DNA of 57,551 nucleotides from Candidatus Magasanikiibacteriota bacterium (GTDB taxonomy: Bacteria; Patescibacteriota; Patescibacteriia; Magasanikbacterales; JACTTX01). Where the stretch lies: assembly GCA_015661005.1 (NCBI GenBank), contig JACTTX010000006.1, positions 1-57,551 on the forward strand, written 5' to 3'. Shown one piece after another: positions 29,301-39,879 of this stretch. Within the stretch, counting starts at the first letter, position 1, and the number at the start of each line of letters is the position of its first letter. Under the pieces are notes generated by a model that worked only from the letters and a program-made list of their open reading frames with translations, did not search any database and was not told where the DNA came from. A program made the translations under genes and the position numbers.

Positions 29301-31229
29301 ATGCCTTGGACAATTCGTTGCGGCCGGACACTGCTCACGATTGTTGTTTTTACTCCGCTTCTTTGGATTCCCTGGATTTTTCCATCATATGTGATGCCGC
29401 GGACGTGGCTCATGTTTTTTCTGATTGATCTGGCTCTGCTCCTCGCCTTGGCGGGAGCGCGCCGTTTTGAAACTATCCGACTTAAGATCCTGCCTACCAT
29501 TTTCATAGCTTTCGCCGGTTTCATGACCTTGAGCACGATTTGGAGCGGCCAGACATGGCGCGGCTTGACTGGATCCATAGATCGGATGGATGGCGCTTTG
29601 CTCTGGCTCCACGCCGCCCTTTTTCTGATTGCTCTAATTCTCCTTTTTGTCAATGATCGTGAACGTCTCCTTGGCGCCACCACCATTGCCGCTACCCTCG
29701 TCGCCATCATTGGTCTTGCCCAATTTTTGCCAAAAATCGGTGCGGCGCTGAACGCTTCCTTCTTTGCGCCCGGTGATCGTTTATCAAGCACGATTGGCAA
29801 CCCCGTCCTCGTCGCCGGATATCTTTTGCCGCATTTATTTTTTGCCGCGCTCCTCGGCCGTCAGACCACCGGCCGCAAAAGAATTTTTTGGATCATTTGC
29901 GCCTTGCTTTTATTGGCGGCGCTCTACTTCTCCGGCACCCGCGGAGCGTGGGCCGGTTTAATCGTGACGGCTGTTTATCTTTTGACCGTGAATTGGCTGA
30001 ACATCCGCCGCCCTATACGAATTGCGCTTTTAGGATTCATCTTTCTGGCGCTCTCCGTCTTGGCTTGGAACATTCTGAACACCAACAAGGCGGAACATTT
30101 ACTCCAGCAAACCACGGTGAGCACGCGCCTCATCAACACCACCATTGCTCTAAACGCCTTGACGGCCAAACCGATTTTAGGTTGGGGGCACGGCAGTTAC
30201 GAAACCGTTTTTGATAAATTGTATGACCAGCGACTGCTCGCCTTCTCGGTGGCGGAAACCGTTTTTGATAAAACGCACAATCAATTTTTGGAATTTTTGG
30301 TGACCGGCGGGTTGATTGGATTCGTACTCTTCCTTCTGCTCTTTGTGAAGAGTGTGACCGCGCTCACCAAACCGCCCCGCCACCTTGATAAACAAATTTT
30401 TTCTGCGGCCATTTTGGCCTATGGCATCTTTCTGCTTTTTGGTTTTGAAACCACGGCCGGCATTATTCCCTTTGTGCTGATTCTTGGCGTTTCGGATGAA
30501 CTGGCCGGAACTTGGCGCACTTTCACACTTAAACCACGCTCGGCTTTAGCAATAAAAACTCTGGCGCTCATCTTACTGTTCGGCCTCACGGTCTTGACGG
30601 CGGTTGTCGGCGCCAGAACTTTGCAAGCGCTTTTGGCTCTGCGCCCGGGAATACACAAAATCGCGATTGATTCTACCGGTCAAGAAAAAATCAATCGCGC
30701 TTTGGCCGTGCGCACACCATACCGTGATGATCTCGTTTGGAAAATCGCGATCTTCTGGTTAGGAAAAGCAAGACAGTTGGACAGAGGAACATCTGGACAG
30801 TTAGACAACAGGACAGGTGCAATGGGAAAACAAATTTTAGATGAATTGATGCTGATTCCCAATAAAAACCGGCGGCTGTATTCCGTGACCGGACAAGTGG
30901 CGCAAATGTTGGCCGCTTTGACGCCGGAGGAAACGGAAACCGAGCGTCTGCTTAAAATCGCCGGCGACAATTTTCATTCCGCGTGGCTCGTGAATCCCAA
31001 TCGCCAGTACGCGGCCTACGCGCTGGCGGTTGTTATGGCCCAACAAAAAAGATTTCCAGAAGCGTTGAACACAATTCTGCAAGTTGATCCAAAATTAATG
31101 TATCCGGACACACATTGGTTTGCCGGAATCGTGCTTAAAATGGCTGGAGAAGATAAACAAGCGGAGAAAGCATTTACGGCGGCGCGAGAGGCGGGATTTA
31201 TGCCGCCGCCGGGAGCCGTCGCGCCCTGA
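29301..31229 (+). CDS. O-antigen ligase/Wzy_C-like polytopic membrane protein with C-terminal TPR-like region
   Basis: [11 protein letters not shown] and [17 protein letters not shown] are Wzy_C hallmarks. The C-terminal soluble domain is helical-repeat-like. Confidence 0.65.
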   Translation: MPWTIRCGRTLLTIVVFTPLLWIPWIFPSYVMPRTWLMFFLIDLALLLALAGARRFETIRLKILPTIFIAFAGFMTLSTIWSGQTWRGLTGSIDRMDGALLWLHAALFLIALILLFVNDRERLLGATTIAATLVAIIGLAQFLPKIGAALNASFFAPGDRLSSTIGNPVLVAGYLLPHLFFAALLGRQTTGRKRIFWIICALLLLAALYFSGTRGAWAGLIVTAVYLLTVNWLNIRRPIRIALLGFIFLALSVLAWNILNTNKAEHLLQQTTVSTRLINTTIALNALTAKPILGWGHGSYETVFDKLYDQRLLAFSVAETVFDKTHNQFLEFLVTGGLIGFVLFLLLFVKSVTALTKPPRHLDKQIFSAAILAYGIFLLFGFETTAGIIPFVLILGVSDELAGTWRTFTLKPRSALAIKTLALILLFGLTVLTAVVGARTLQALLALRPGIHKIAIDSTGQEKINRALAVRTPYRDDLVWKIAIFWLGKARQLDRGTSGQLDNRTGAMGKQILDELMLIPNKNRRLYSVTGQVAQMLAALTPEETETERLLKIAGDNFHSAWLVNPNRQYAAYALAVVMAQQKRFPEALNTILQVDPKLMYPDTHWFAGIVLKMAGEDKQAEKAFTAAREAGFMPPPGAVAP

Positions 31230-32266
31230 TGTATACTGGCCCTATGGAAAACGAAATGGAAAATGAACGGGTGGTGGAGACGGCCGCAGATCAAGGAGAC
31301 GTGGTCTTGGAGACATCTTTACGTCCGTCATTGCTGAATGAATTCATCGGACAGGATCATCTCAAAGAAAATTTGGGAATTTTTATGGCCGCGGCGCGTG
31401 GGCGCGGTGAACCGCTGGATCATGTGCTTCTTCATGGCAATCCGGGTTTGGGGAAAACAACGCTCGCCCATATCATTGCCAATGAAATGGGCGGACATCT
31501 AACCGTTACCTCCGGCCCGGCCATTGAACGTGTTGGGGATTTGGCCGCGATTCTCTCCAATCTGGAAACCGGGGATGTTTTGTTCATTGATGAGGTGCAT
31601 CGTTTGCATCGCGCCGTTGAAGAAGTTTTGTATCCGGCGCTGGAGGATTTTGCGCTGGACATTGTTTTGGGGAAAGGCCCGGGCGCCCGCACGGTGCGCA
31701 TGCCTTTGAACCGTTTCACTTTGATTGGCGCCACCACCAAAATTTCTCTGCTCTCCGCGCCTCTGCGCGATCGCTTCGGCAACATTCTGCACTTGGATTT
31801 TTATGAGCATGAAGACATTGGCCGCATCATTGAACGCAGTAGCCGTATTTTGGAAGTTATTATGGAGAATGACGCCCGCGCGATTATTGCCGGCCGCTCG
31901 CGCCGCACCCCGCGCGTCGCCAATCGTTTGCTCAAACGCGTGCGCGACGTTGCCCAAATCCGCGGGAACGGCACGATCACTTCCGCTATCGCCGAAGAAG
32001 CGTTACAATTATTGCATGTGGACGAGTGCGGGTTGGATCGCGTTGACCGAATGATTTTGGAAACGCTGATCAACAAGTTCAACGGCGGCCCGGTCGGATT
32101 GAACACGCTCTCCGCGGCCACGGCCGAGGAAATGGAAACGATTGAAACGGTCTATGAACCGTTTCTGATTCAACTCGGTTTTCTTGACCGCACGCCGCGC
32201 GGCCGCGTGGTGACACCCCGCGGTTATGAACATTTGGGGCTCGCGGCGCCACGCGCGCTCATCTAA
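31229..32266 (+). CDS. ruvB: Holliday junction branch migration helicase RuvB
   Basis: [31 protein letters not shown] and [10 protein letters not shown]. Confidence 0.9.
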   Translation: MYTGPMENEMENERVVETAADQGDVVLETSLRPSLLNEFIGQDHLKENLGIFMAAARGRGEPLDHVLLHGNPGLGKTTLAHIIANEMGGHLTVTSGPAIERVGDLAAILSNLETGDVLFIDEVHRLHRAVEEVLYPALEDFALDIVLGKGPGARTVRMPLNRFTLIGATTKISLLSAPLRDRFGNILHLDFYEHEDIGRIIERSSRILEVIMENDARAIIAGRSRRTPRVANRLLKRVRDVAQIRGNGTITSAIAEEALQLLHVDECGLDRVDRMILETLINKFNGGPVGLNTLSAATAEEMETIETVYEPFLIQLGFLDRTPRGRVVTPRGYEHLGLAAPRALI

Positions 32267-32270
32267 AAGT

Positions 32271-32510
32271 ATGACCATCTCTTTAATCTGGTTCCTTTAT
32301 CTCTTCTTCGCTTTCCTATTGGTCTTCGGACTTTTTTTCTTGTTCAATCTGTATTTGATTTTCTCCACCGGAACGCTTACCATTGTCAGTTTCCTGGTTA
32401 CTTTTTTAATGTTCGTCGGCACGATTCTCATTTTATACGGCGCCTGGTTTTTTCTCCGTGAGGTTGACTGGACGCAAACCCTGACGATATTGCAAAATTA
32501 TGCACCTTGA
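32271..32510 (+). CDS. Small two-TM membrane protein
   Basis: Hydrophobic 79-aa ORF. It overlaps the next gene by 11 nt. Confidence 0.4.
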   Translation: MTISLIWFLYLFFAFLLVFGLFFLFNLYLIFSTGTLTIVSFLVTFLMFVGTILILYGAWFFLREVDWTQTLTILQNYAP

Positions 32511-33039
32511 TGAACTTCTCCATCTAAAATCATACGAAAAAATTGAAGCGGTTTTGCGCCGCCATCCGATCACGTTTCTGCCGATTGTCGGTTTATACTT
32601 GGCGCTCGCGGCCTTGCCGCTTGGCCTTTATTTTATTCTCCGCTCCACGGCCGGATTTATTTTCGCGAGCGCCTTTCTTTTTCCCATCGTGATTTTGGCG
32701 GCCGCCGTCTATTACCTCTCAATTCTTCTTTTTTTCTTCTCGCAATTTATTGATTATTATCTGGACATTCTGGTCATCACCAATGATCGCATTATTGACG
32801 TTGACCAAAAAGGGCTTTTTGCCCGCACCGTTTCCGAATTGGATTTGTACAAAGTGCAAGATGTCACGTCAGAAACCAAAGGTTTTTTTGCCACGATGTT
32901 CAACTACGGAAACGTTTACATTCAATCCGCCGCCGCCACGGAACGCTTCACCGCGGAAGACATTGCCAGTCCGGCAAAAGTCAGAAAAATGATCGTTGAT
33001 TTGTCAGAAGCTGATAAGCCGTACCATTTGGGGACATAG
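32500..33039 (+). CDS. Membrane protein with bacterial PH (YdbS/YdbT-like) domain
   Basis: Two TM segments, followed by VITNDRIIDVDQKGLFARTVSELDLYKVQDV. Confidence 0.5.
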   Translation: MHLDELLHLKSYEKIEAVLRRHPITFLPIVGLYLALAALPLGLYFILRSTAGFIFASAFLFPIVILAAAVYYLSILLFFFSQFIDYYLDILVITNDRIIDVDQKGLFARTVSELDLYKVQDVTSETKGFFATMFNYGNVYIQSAAATERFTAEDIASPAKVRKMIVDLSEADKPYHLGT

Positions 33040-33046
33040 AGACAAC

Positions 33047-34930
33047 CTACTCATACACCTTTTTGAGCTCCGTCCCGGGATAATAGTATTTCAAAAGCGC
33101 GTCGTAACTTAATCCTTCCGTGTCGGCGCGGTAAGCGGCATCGCGCGCGCTCATGCCAACGCCGTGTCCCAATTTTGTTTTGCCGGCATCATAATTTGTG
33201 GTCACCACCTGAATCCACAGCTTGTCTTTTCCGCCCCAAACCGTTGACCACAGCCGCGTCTTTCCGTCCGAACGCGCAAAGTACGGCGTCACCACCACTT
33301 CCCCGTTATACGCCACCATCATTCCGCGAGTAGCATCCAAACTGGCGGCAATTTTTGGCCGATGCGACTCCGCCACATATCCTTTGTAAACCTGATCCCA
33401 AGCGGCATCAACGTCAAACTGGCGGTCGGCATGTTTGCGCGTTTGGACCATCGTGTAATAAGCGTAAGTGCGCGCCGCCGTCATCAGCGCTTTTTGATAT
33501 TCCGGCGGCGAAGAATCCGACGCTTCAATCAAACCTTTGAGATAAACTTCCATCGGCAGTGAATTCACCACCCAAAGTTTCTGATTTTTTTCCGACCACT
33601 GCAAATAAATTTGTCCGCGGAAACGGTTGTAGTTCACGCTTTTATTCCAACTCGGCCGGTCTTCACGATTCGTCAGCGCGGCGACGTTTATAATATCATC
33701 CGGTTGAAGAACAAGCGGCGCGGGGTCAGTCACCGTCTGTCCGTTAAAAGCGGCGCTGTATTTTTTTGCCGCCGCATCATAAGTCAAAGTCACGGCGGCG
33801 CCGGAAGGAATATCAAGAACCGGAAACCCGTTACCGTCTAAAATACGGTAACTACCTTGTGTCAGAACCGGCACGGCCGCGTCTGTTTTGAAAAGCCCGA
33901 CGCGGATTAAGGGCTCCGGAATAATATCAACGACGCCCGGACCGGCGGCGAAGGCGGAGGGATTAAGCGGCGCAAGAACGGCAGTGGGCGCATTAGCATC
34001 AGATGGAGTGGGCGCATCTTCCGTAATCGTAACCGTAACCGGAATGGAAAAATCACCGCCCGCAATCGGCTCTTCATCAACCAACAACTGAAAATCAGCG
34101 GTGTAAGTTCCGGCTGTTTTTGGCGCGGTGTAAAAAAAATCTAAAAACTCAACTTGTCCGGGACTGATCATCCCCGAGGTCTGCCGCACGAGCGGTGAAG
34201 AAACGTCCGTTGTTCCTCTGCTGGTCGCGCCGTCTGCGCCATCGCCAAGTGAGGCCATGCGTAAATCGCGGGACAAAATGGCGCGCGTAATCCACGATTG
34301 TCCGCCGCTGTTTTTGAAAGCCACTCTGATCGGCACTTTGACGCCACCCGCAACAGTGATGCTCGCCGCGCTTTTAAGGAGGAGCATCGCTTCTTTTTTG
34401 GCGCGTGCTGGCGACGGCACGGCCGGGGCGTTTGTCCGCACAACGTCACCACTTTCTTTTTTCACAACAACAGTGATGATGAATTTTGTCCCAGCCACCC
34501 AAGCGCGATCTTCCGCGGCAATCTGAAACGTATCCGTGTAAGTACCAAGTTTTTTTGGCGCGCGAATTTTAAATTGGAAAATTCCGACACTCCCGGACGC
34601 CACCGATTTTTCACTGATCAAAACCGGATGAGACACGCTTATCCATGACGAATCGCTAAAAACACTTTTATGATAATTTGGTTCGCGCGTATAAACGGAA
34701 ACAAATTGCTCACCGTTCCGCTTCCACGCCTTAAGCCCGCGGTTTTTAAAACTTATTGTAAAATCTCTAACTTCCCCGGGCATCAAAATAAAGGTCTCGT
34801 TTGATCGTGAAATAAATTGCCCGCTGTATTCTTCTTCACGAGTGGAGGCTGAAACGGGTGAACCCAATAGCAATGATAAAAAAGCAAATCCGCAGAATAA
34901 GGCCAAAGTTTTGACAGCTAATCTTCTCAT
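33047..34930 (-). CDS. SpoIID/LytB-domain protein with N-terminal Ig-like repeats
   Basis: Signal peptide. Two repeats of a module of about 120 aa. The C-terminus has MEVYLKG, AARTYAYY, VYKGY and VVTPYFARSDGKT. Confidence 0.75.
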   Translation of the reverse strand: MRRLAVKTLALFCGFAFLSLLLGSPVSASTREEEYSGQFISRSNETFILMPGEVRDFTISFKNRGLKAWKRNGEQFVSVYTREPNYHKSVFSDSSWISVSHPVLISEKSVASGSVGIFQFKIRAPKKLGTYTDTFQIAAEDRAWVAGTKFIITVVVKKESGDVVRTNAPAVPSPARAKKEAMLLLKSAASITVAGGVKVPIRVAFKNSGGQSWITRAILSRDLRMASLGDGADGATSRGTTDVSSPLVRQTSGMISPGQVEFLDFFYTAPKTAGTYTADFQLLVDEEPIAGGDFSIPVTVTITEDAPTPSDANAPTAVLAPLNPSAFAAGPGVVDIIPEPLIRVGLFKTDAAVPVLTQGSYRILDGNGFPVLDIPSGAAVTLTYDAAAKKYSAAFNGQTVTDPAPLVLQPDDIINVAALTNREDRPSWNKSVNYNRFRGQIYLQWSEKNQKLWVVNSLPMEVYLKGLIEASDSSPPEYQKALMTAARTYAYYTMVQTRKHADRQFDVDAAWDQVYKGYVAESHRPKIAASLDATRGMMVAYNGEVVVTPYFARSDGKTRLWSTVWGGKDKLWIQVVTTNYDAGKTKLGHGVGMSARDAAYRADTEGLSYDALLKYYYPGTELKKVYE

Positions 34931-35007
34931 AAAATATCTCGCCGCTCATTCATTATGCCGCCGTTACCGTCTTTCGTCAATGCAAATTAAATGCTAACAT
35001 AACGCAT

Positions 35008-36450
35008 ATGTCGCTTGTTCGCGCTGTTGCCAAAAATACCGGCATCCAAATCCTCGGCAAAGGAATTTCCACGCTCTTGGGCATCATTATTGTCGGGATT
35101 TTTGCGCGATACTTGGGCGCCGCCGGCTTTGGTATTTACACCACGGTCATAACTTTTCTCACTTTCTTCGGAATCATCGTGGATTTTGGCTTGACGCTCA
35201 CCACGGTGCAGATGATAAGTGAACCGGCCGCGGACGAACAAAAAATCGTTTCCAATCTTTTCACTTTGCGCACCGTGAGCGCCGTAATCTTTTTGGCGCT
35301 GGCGCCAATCATTGCTTTCTTCACGCCCTATTCCCCGGAAATAAAATTCGGCATCATCATTGCCACGGCCTCGTTTTTTTTCATTGCCTTGAACCAAGTG
35401 CTGACCGGTATTTTTCAAAAACATTTGGCGATGACGCGGGTGATGATCGCGGAAAATGTTGGCCGCCTGATTTTACTGATTTTTTCGGTTCTCATTGTCA
35501 AAACCGGCGGCGGACTATCGCTTCTTCTTGCCGCCATTGTCCTTGGCGCCATAGGAAATTTTTTGACCCTGTGGTTTTCAGCGCGTCCGCTGGTCAAAAT
35601 AAAATTGGAAATTGACTGGCCAATCTGGCGGAAAATTTTCTCCCGCAGTTGGCCGATGGCCGTCTCCATTATTTTTAATCTGATTTATCTGCGCGCTGAT
35701 ACGCTCATCATGTCCCTCACGCGCTCGGCCACCGAGGTCGGTTTGTACGGCGCGGCGTATCGCGTGATTGACATTGCGCTGATGATTCCGGTGATGATGA
35801 TGGGGATTATTGTTCCGCTTCTGACCGCGGCCTGGGCCGCCAATCAGCACGATATTTTCCGTTCAAGAGTCGCCCGCACCTTTGACGCCTTCATTATTAT
35901 TATTCTCCCGATTGTCGCCGGCGGCGTCCTGCTCGCCGAACCGATTATGGCGCTTGTTGGCGGGCCGGAATTTTTTGCCGCCGACACGGCCTTGCGCATT
36001 TTGCTCATCGCGCTTTTTGGCGCCTTCATTTCCACCCTCTTCGGCCACACTATTGTTGCCCTGAAACTCCAGCGCGCCGTCATCTGGATCTACGGCCTTG
36101 ATGCCGCCATCTCGCTCACCGCTTACCTGCTTTTAATTCCCCGCTTCGGCATTCCGGCCGGCGCCTGGGTCACGGTTTTTTCGGAATGGTTTGCGGCCAT
36201 AATTTTAGGCGCGATCGTCTGGCGCGCCAGCCATCTCCATTTACGTTTTGGCGTTGCCTTCAAATCCTTGGGTGCGGTCATACTTATGTCCGCGATTTTA
36301 TTTTTTGCCCGCGCCTGGCCGGTTTGGATTTTAATTCCACTTGGCGCCGCCATTTACGCCGCCTTGATTATTGGTTTTCGCGCCGTGCCCAAAGAAACGC
36401 TTCGGCAAATTTTTCAAACACCGCTGGCGTCGGATCGCCTGCCGGATTAA
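35008..36450 (+). CDS. MOP/Wzx-type polysaccharide flippase
   Basis: About 14 TM segments. The N-terminus NTGIQILGKGISTLLG is typical of this family. Confidence 0.65.
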   Translation: MSLVRAVAKNTGIQILGKGISTLLGIIIVGIFARYLGAAGFGIYTTVITFLTFFGIIVDFGLTLTTVQMISEPAADEQKIVSNLFTLRTVSAVIFLALAPIIAFFTPYSPEIKFGIIIATASFFFIALNQVLTGIFQKHLAMTRVMIAENVGRLILLIFSVLIVKTGGGLSLLLAAIVLGAIGNFLTLWFSARPLVKIKLEIDWPIWRKIFSRSWPMAVSIIFNLIYLRADTLIMSLTRSATEVGLYGAAYRVIDIALMIPVMMMGIIVPLLTAAWAANQHDIFRSRVARTFDAFIIIILPIVAGGVLLAEPIMALVGGPEFFAADTALRILLIALFGAFISTLFGHTIVALKLQRAVIWIYGLDAAISLTAYLLLIPRFGIPAGAWVTVFSEWFAAIILGAIVWRASHLHLRFGVAFKSLGAVILMSAILFFARAWPVWILIPLGAAIYAALIIGFRAVPKETLRQIFQTPLASDRLPD

Positions 36451-36511
36451 CATTCTCTCCCCTCTCACTTATGTTCCCACTTCGCACCTAATATGATCCT
36501 TCTCGCCTAAT

Positions 36512-37819
36512 ATGCTGATCTGGCTCTCCCTAATCTTCACTCTTCTTTTTGCTTGCTTCGTCTGGCGCTCGCCGGAACGCGGACTGGCTTTCTTGCTTGC
36601 CCTTTTGCCAACGTATCTCATCCGTTTCAAAATTTTTAATCTCTCGACCACTCTTTTGGAGCTTCTGATTCTAACCTTCATCATTGTCACCGTCTCTTTC
36701 CAAATTTGGAAAAATGAATTCTCATTCAAAAAACTTTGGACTTCAGCGGCGCCTTTTAACATTTGGGCCGCCGTTCTTCTCATCGCCAGCGCAATAGCCA
36801 TTTTTGTGGCGCCGGATTTAAAAGGCGGCGTCGGAATTTGGAAGGCCTATTTTCTGGAACCGATCGCGCTATTTTTTTTGATGAGCCCAATGCTCCGTAA
36901 TCCGGAAACGCGGCGCCGCGCCGTTCTGGGGCTGGCCGCCGCCGTCATCATCATCTCCGTTTTTGCCATTTACCAAAAATTCACCGGCGCTTTTATTTTT
37001 ACGGAAAGCTGGCGCGCGGAAGCAACGCGCCGCCCAACGAGCGTTTATGGTTATCCCAACGCTCTGGCTCTTTTTACGGCGCCGCTCTTGCCACTTTTCA
37101 TTCTTTTCTTTTTCAAACAGCGCCGCTTTTCTTTGCTGGAACGCATAAAATCATGGTTCACCAGAAAAAATCCGCGTCGGCGAGCAATAATTGATCAGGG
37201 CGTGCTGACTCTCGCCGCACTGACCGGACTCACGGCCATTTTTTTTGCCAAAACTTCCGGCGCGATTCTCGCCCTTACTGTCTCCGCCGCTTTTGTCGGC
37301 TTGATGATCAGACGGGCAAGAATCTGGACGATCGCCATCGCGATTATTTTTATTATAGTCATTTTTGTAACGCCGTGGCGCGCCAGATTTGTTGAGCAAT
37401 ACACGTTGTCCGGATTTTCCGGCGGCTTGCGCTTGAGCCAATGGAGTGAAACGCAGGCCATGCTCCGCGATCATCCATTTTTTGGCGCCGGACTCAATGC
37501 TTATCGAACGGTCATTATTCCCTATCACAAGCGGCCAATGGAAATTTTCCAATACCCGCACAATGAATTTCTAAATTTTTGGAGCGAGACCGGATTTATG
37601 GGACTCATTGCTTATGTCGCCATTCTTTTCATCATCAGCCGATACGCCTTTACTTACCATCAAACGGGAAACATGGAAATGTTGGCCGCCGCGGCGGCGT
37701 TTGTTGTGCTTGTCGTGCATGGATTTGTGGACGTGCCATATTTCAAAAATGATTTGGCGGTGGAATTTTGGTTTTTAACGGCGTTTCTTGCTGGCATTGA
37801 AAATAAGCAACGGACGTGA
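36512..37819 (+). CDS. O-antigen ligase (Wzy_C)-like membrane protein
   Basis: TSGAILAL and YPHNEFLNFWSETGFMGL. Confidence 0.65.
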   Translation: MLIWLSLIFTLLFACFVWRSPERGLAFLLALLPTYLIRFKIFNLSTTLLELLILTFIIVTVSFQIWKNEFSFKKLWTSAAPFNIWAAVLLIASAIAIFVAPDLKGGVGIWKAYFLEPIALFFLMSPMLRNPETRRRAVLGLAAAVIIISVFAIYQKFTGAFIFTESWRAEATRRPTSVYGYPNALALFTAPLLPLFILFFFKQRRFSLLERIKSWFTRKNPRRRAIIDQGVLTLAALTGLTAIFFAKTSGAILALTVSAAFVGLMIRRARIWTIAIAIIFIIVIFVTPWRARFVEQYTLSGFSGGLRLSQWSETQAMLRDHPFFGAGLNAYRTVIIPYHKRPMEIFQYPHNEFLNFWSETGFMGLIAYVAILFIISRYAFTYHQTGNMEMLAAAAAFVVLVVHGFVDVPYFKNDLAVEFWFLTAFLAGIENKQRT

Positions 37820-37835
37820 TATTTTTTAGAGGTCC

Positions 37836-37925
37836 GGAGGGGTCGCATAGTGGTCTAGTGCGGTCGCCTCGAAAGCGACTGTCGGTGAAAGCCGACCGTG
37901 GGTTCGAATCCCACCCCCTCCGCCA
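37836..37925 (+). tRNA. tRNA-Ser (anticodon CGA), CCA encoded
   Basis: Acceptor stem GGAGGGG/CCCCTCC, discriminator G73, anticodon arm GUCGC-CUCGAAA-GCGAC. Long variable arm and GGUUCGAAUCC T-arm. Confidence 0.9.
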
Positions 37926-37990
37926 AAATTCGGAATTCGGAGAAACAAAATGGTGCATAGCACCGTAAAATATGAAGTTTTTGACTTCAT

Positions 37991-38010
37991 ATATTAACAT
38001 ATGTTAATAT
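37991..38010. promoter_or_regulatory. Perfect 20-bp palindrome, likely operator of the HTH/Doc module
   Basis: ATATTAACAT|ATGTTAATAT. It ends 6 nt before the start of the HTH gene. Confidence 0.5.
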
Positions 38011-38016
38011 AGGCAA

Positions 38017-38271
38017 ATGAAAACTGATTTTGTCTCCACTTCAGAGGCTGCAAGAATCCTGGGGGTAAGCAGGATAACGATTTTTAATAATATTAAAAAA
38101 TCTAAAATTCCGGCCATAAAAGTGGGACGAAATTTTGTGATAAAAAAAGATGACGTATTAAAAGCAGCGGGCGAATTATTGACCAGTAAACAAAAAATAA
38201 ATATAGACAAAGCTGTTGCGAAGGCAACCAAGCAATACGGCGAAGTTTTTAAGCGTCTTGGAAAAGAATGA
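38017..38271 (+). CDS. Excisionase/MerR-type HTH protein (probable antitoxin)
   Basis: STSEAARILGVSRITIFNNIKKSKIPAIKVGRNFVIKKDDV. The stop overlaps the Doc start (ATGA). Confidence 0.65.
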   Translation: MKTDFVSTSEAARILGVSRITIFNNIKKSKIPAIKVGRNFVIKKDDVLKAAGELLTSKQKINIDKAVAKATKQYGEVFKRLGKE

Positions 38272-38695
38272 AAACGAAACCCGTATCAATAAATGAGGTC
38301 GAATATACTGCCCACAGCCTCGCGGTAGAATTTATGACATGGAATGAACCGATACCTCCTTTCGGTTCTCGTTTCCCCAATATCTTGGAAAGTTGTCTTA
38401 AGGTTCCCTTCCAAACTTTTCATAGAAAGCATTTGTACCACCATCTTACAGGAAAAGCGGCCATCCTATTTTTTCTGATGGTTAAAATCATCCTTTTCAG
38501 AATGGCAACAAGAGAATGGCTGTTATGACGCTATTTTTATTTTTATACAAAAATAAAAAATGGTTGAACATAGGCAACGAACAATTATATCGTCTTGCCA
38601 TCGACGTTGCTAAAAGCAAAATAAAATCCCGCGATGGTATTATTCACTGGCTGGAAAAAACACTTACCAAACATCTTATTAACTATCGTAATTAA
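38268..38695 (+). pseudogene. Doc/Fic-family toxin with a frameshift just before the catalytic motif
   Basis: Frame 1 ends at 38528. An alternate frame starting at about 38481 reads VKNHPFQNGNKRMAVMTLFLFLYKNKKW..., which contains the Doc motif HxFx(D/N)GNKR. The frames are joined through a 4-A run (38484-38487). Confidence 0.7.
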
Positions 38696-38704
38696 AGTAG
38701 ACCC

Positions 38705-38905
38705 ATGTCCCCACTCTCTTCAAAAATAATTTTTCAAGGCAAACTCTTCACCATTAAAGAAGAAGTATCCCCTCGGCAGGACGGCAGAATGGTTACTTAT
38801 GAACGCGCTTTGGAAATGTCTTTGACCGGAGAATTGGAAGAGGAATTGATGGCGCTCGCCATCATTCGCCTGCATCACCAAAAGACAGATGCATCGTTGA
38901 TGTAG
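38705..38905 (+). pseudogene. Possible NUDIX-hydrolase N-terminal remnant
   Basis: IIFQGKLFTIKEEVSPRQDGRMVTYERA resembles the N-terminal beta-strands of ADP-ribose pyrophosphatases. No Nudix box is present. Confidence 0.25.
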
Positions 38906-38982
38906 CATCGTTGATTTACGAAAACACCATTTTTGGTTATACTATTGTCCGTTGTTTGTTATATGTTGTCCGTTGTCTAACT

Positions 38983-39846
38983 ATGCCCATCCGCAAAGCC
39001 ATCATCCCGGTTGCCGGGCTCGGCACCAGATTTCTTCCGGCCGCCAAAGCCCAGCCCAAAGAAATGCTCGCCATCGTGGATAAACCAACCATCCAATACA
39101 TTGTGGAAGAAGCCGTGGCCGCCGGCATCACCCAAATTATTTTTGTTACTTCGCAAAATAAACGCGCCATTGAAGATCACTTTGACCGCAACTTTGAACT
39201 GGAATATCGCCTGCGGCAAAAAAAGAAGAAAAAAGAACTCGGACAAATTTTGGATCTGACGGACTTGGCGCAATTCGTCTATGTCCGCCAGCGTTCGCCC
39301 AAAGGAGACGGCCACGCCATTTTAACGGCGCGGGAAATTGTGGGCAATGAACCTTGCGCAGTTTTTTTTGGCGATGACGTGATGGACGGAAAAATACCGG
39401 CCATTAAAGAAGTAATTGACACTTATGAACGTTATAATGATCCGGTCATTGGCGTTTATCCGATTTTGAAAAAAAACATCAGCCGCTACGGCGCGGTGGG
39501 CGGCCCGTGCATTACGGAAAAGGAACTGGAAATTAAGGAGTTAGTGGAAAAACCATCGCCGGAAAAAGCTCCGTCTAATCTGGCGGTGATTGGCCGGTAT
39601 GTTATCACGCCGGAATTTTTTGACGTTCTCGCCCGCACCAAACCGGACGCCAGCGGAGAAATCCGTCTGGCCAATGCCGCTCGCGATTACATCAAGAACC
39701 GTTCAATGTATGCGCGAATATTATCCGGAACGTGGTATGATACGGGAAGTAAACTTGGATTTTTGAAAGCGCAGGTGGCCTTTGGACTCAAACATCCGGA
39801 TGTCGCCGGAGAGTTCCGTAAATATATTAAAGAATATAAAATGTAG
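38983..39846 (+). CDS. galU: UTP--glucose-1-phosphate uridylyltransferase
   Basis: KAIIPVAGLGTRFLPAAKAQPKEML, VDKPTIQYIVEEA and GDGHAIL. Confidence 0.85.
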   Translation: MPIRKAIIPVAGLGTRFLPAAKAQPKEMLAIVDKPTIQYIVEEAVAAGITQIIFVTSQNKRAIEDHFDRNFELEYRLRQKKKKKELGQILDLTDLAQFVYVRQRSPKGDGHAILTAREIVGNEPCAVFFGDDVMDGKIPAIKEVIDTYERYNDPVIGVYPILKKNISRYGAVGGPCITEKELEIKELVEKPSPEKAPSNLAVIGRYVITPEFFDVLARTKPDASGEIRLANAARDYIKNRSMYARILSGTWYDTGSKLGFLKAQVAFGLKHPDVAGEFRKYIKEYKM

Positions 39847-39879
39847 AATGTGATAAGTTTGCGGGTGTGCATCTCCACT

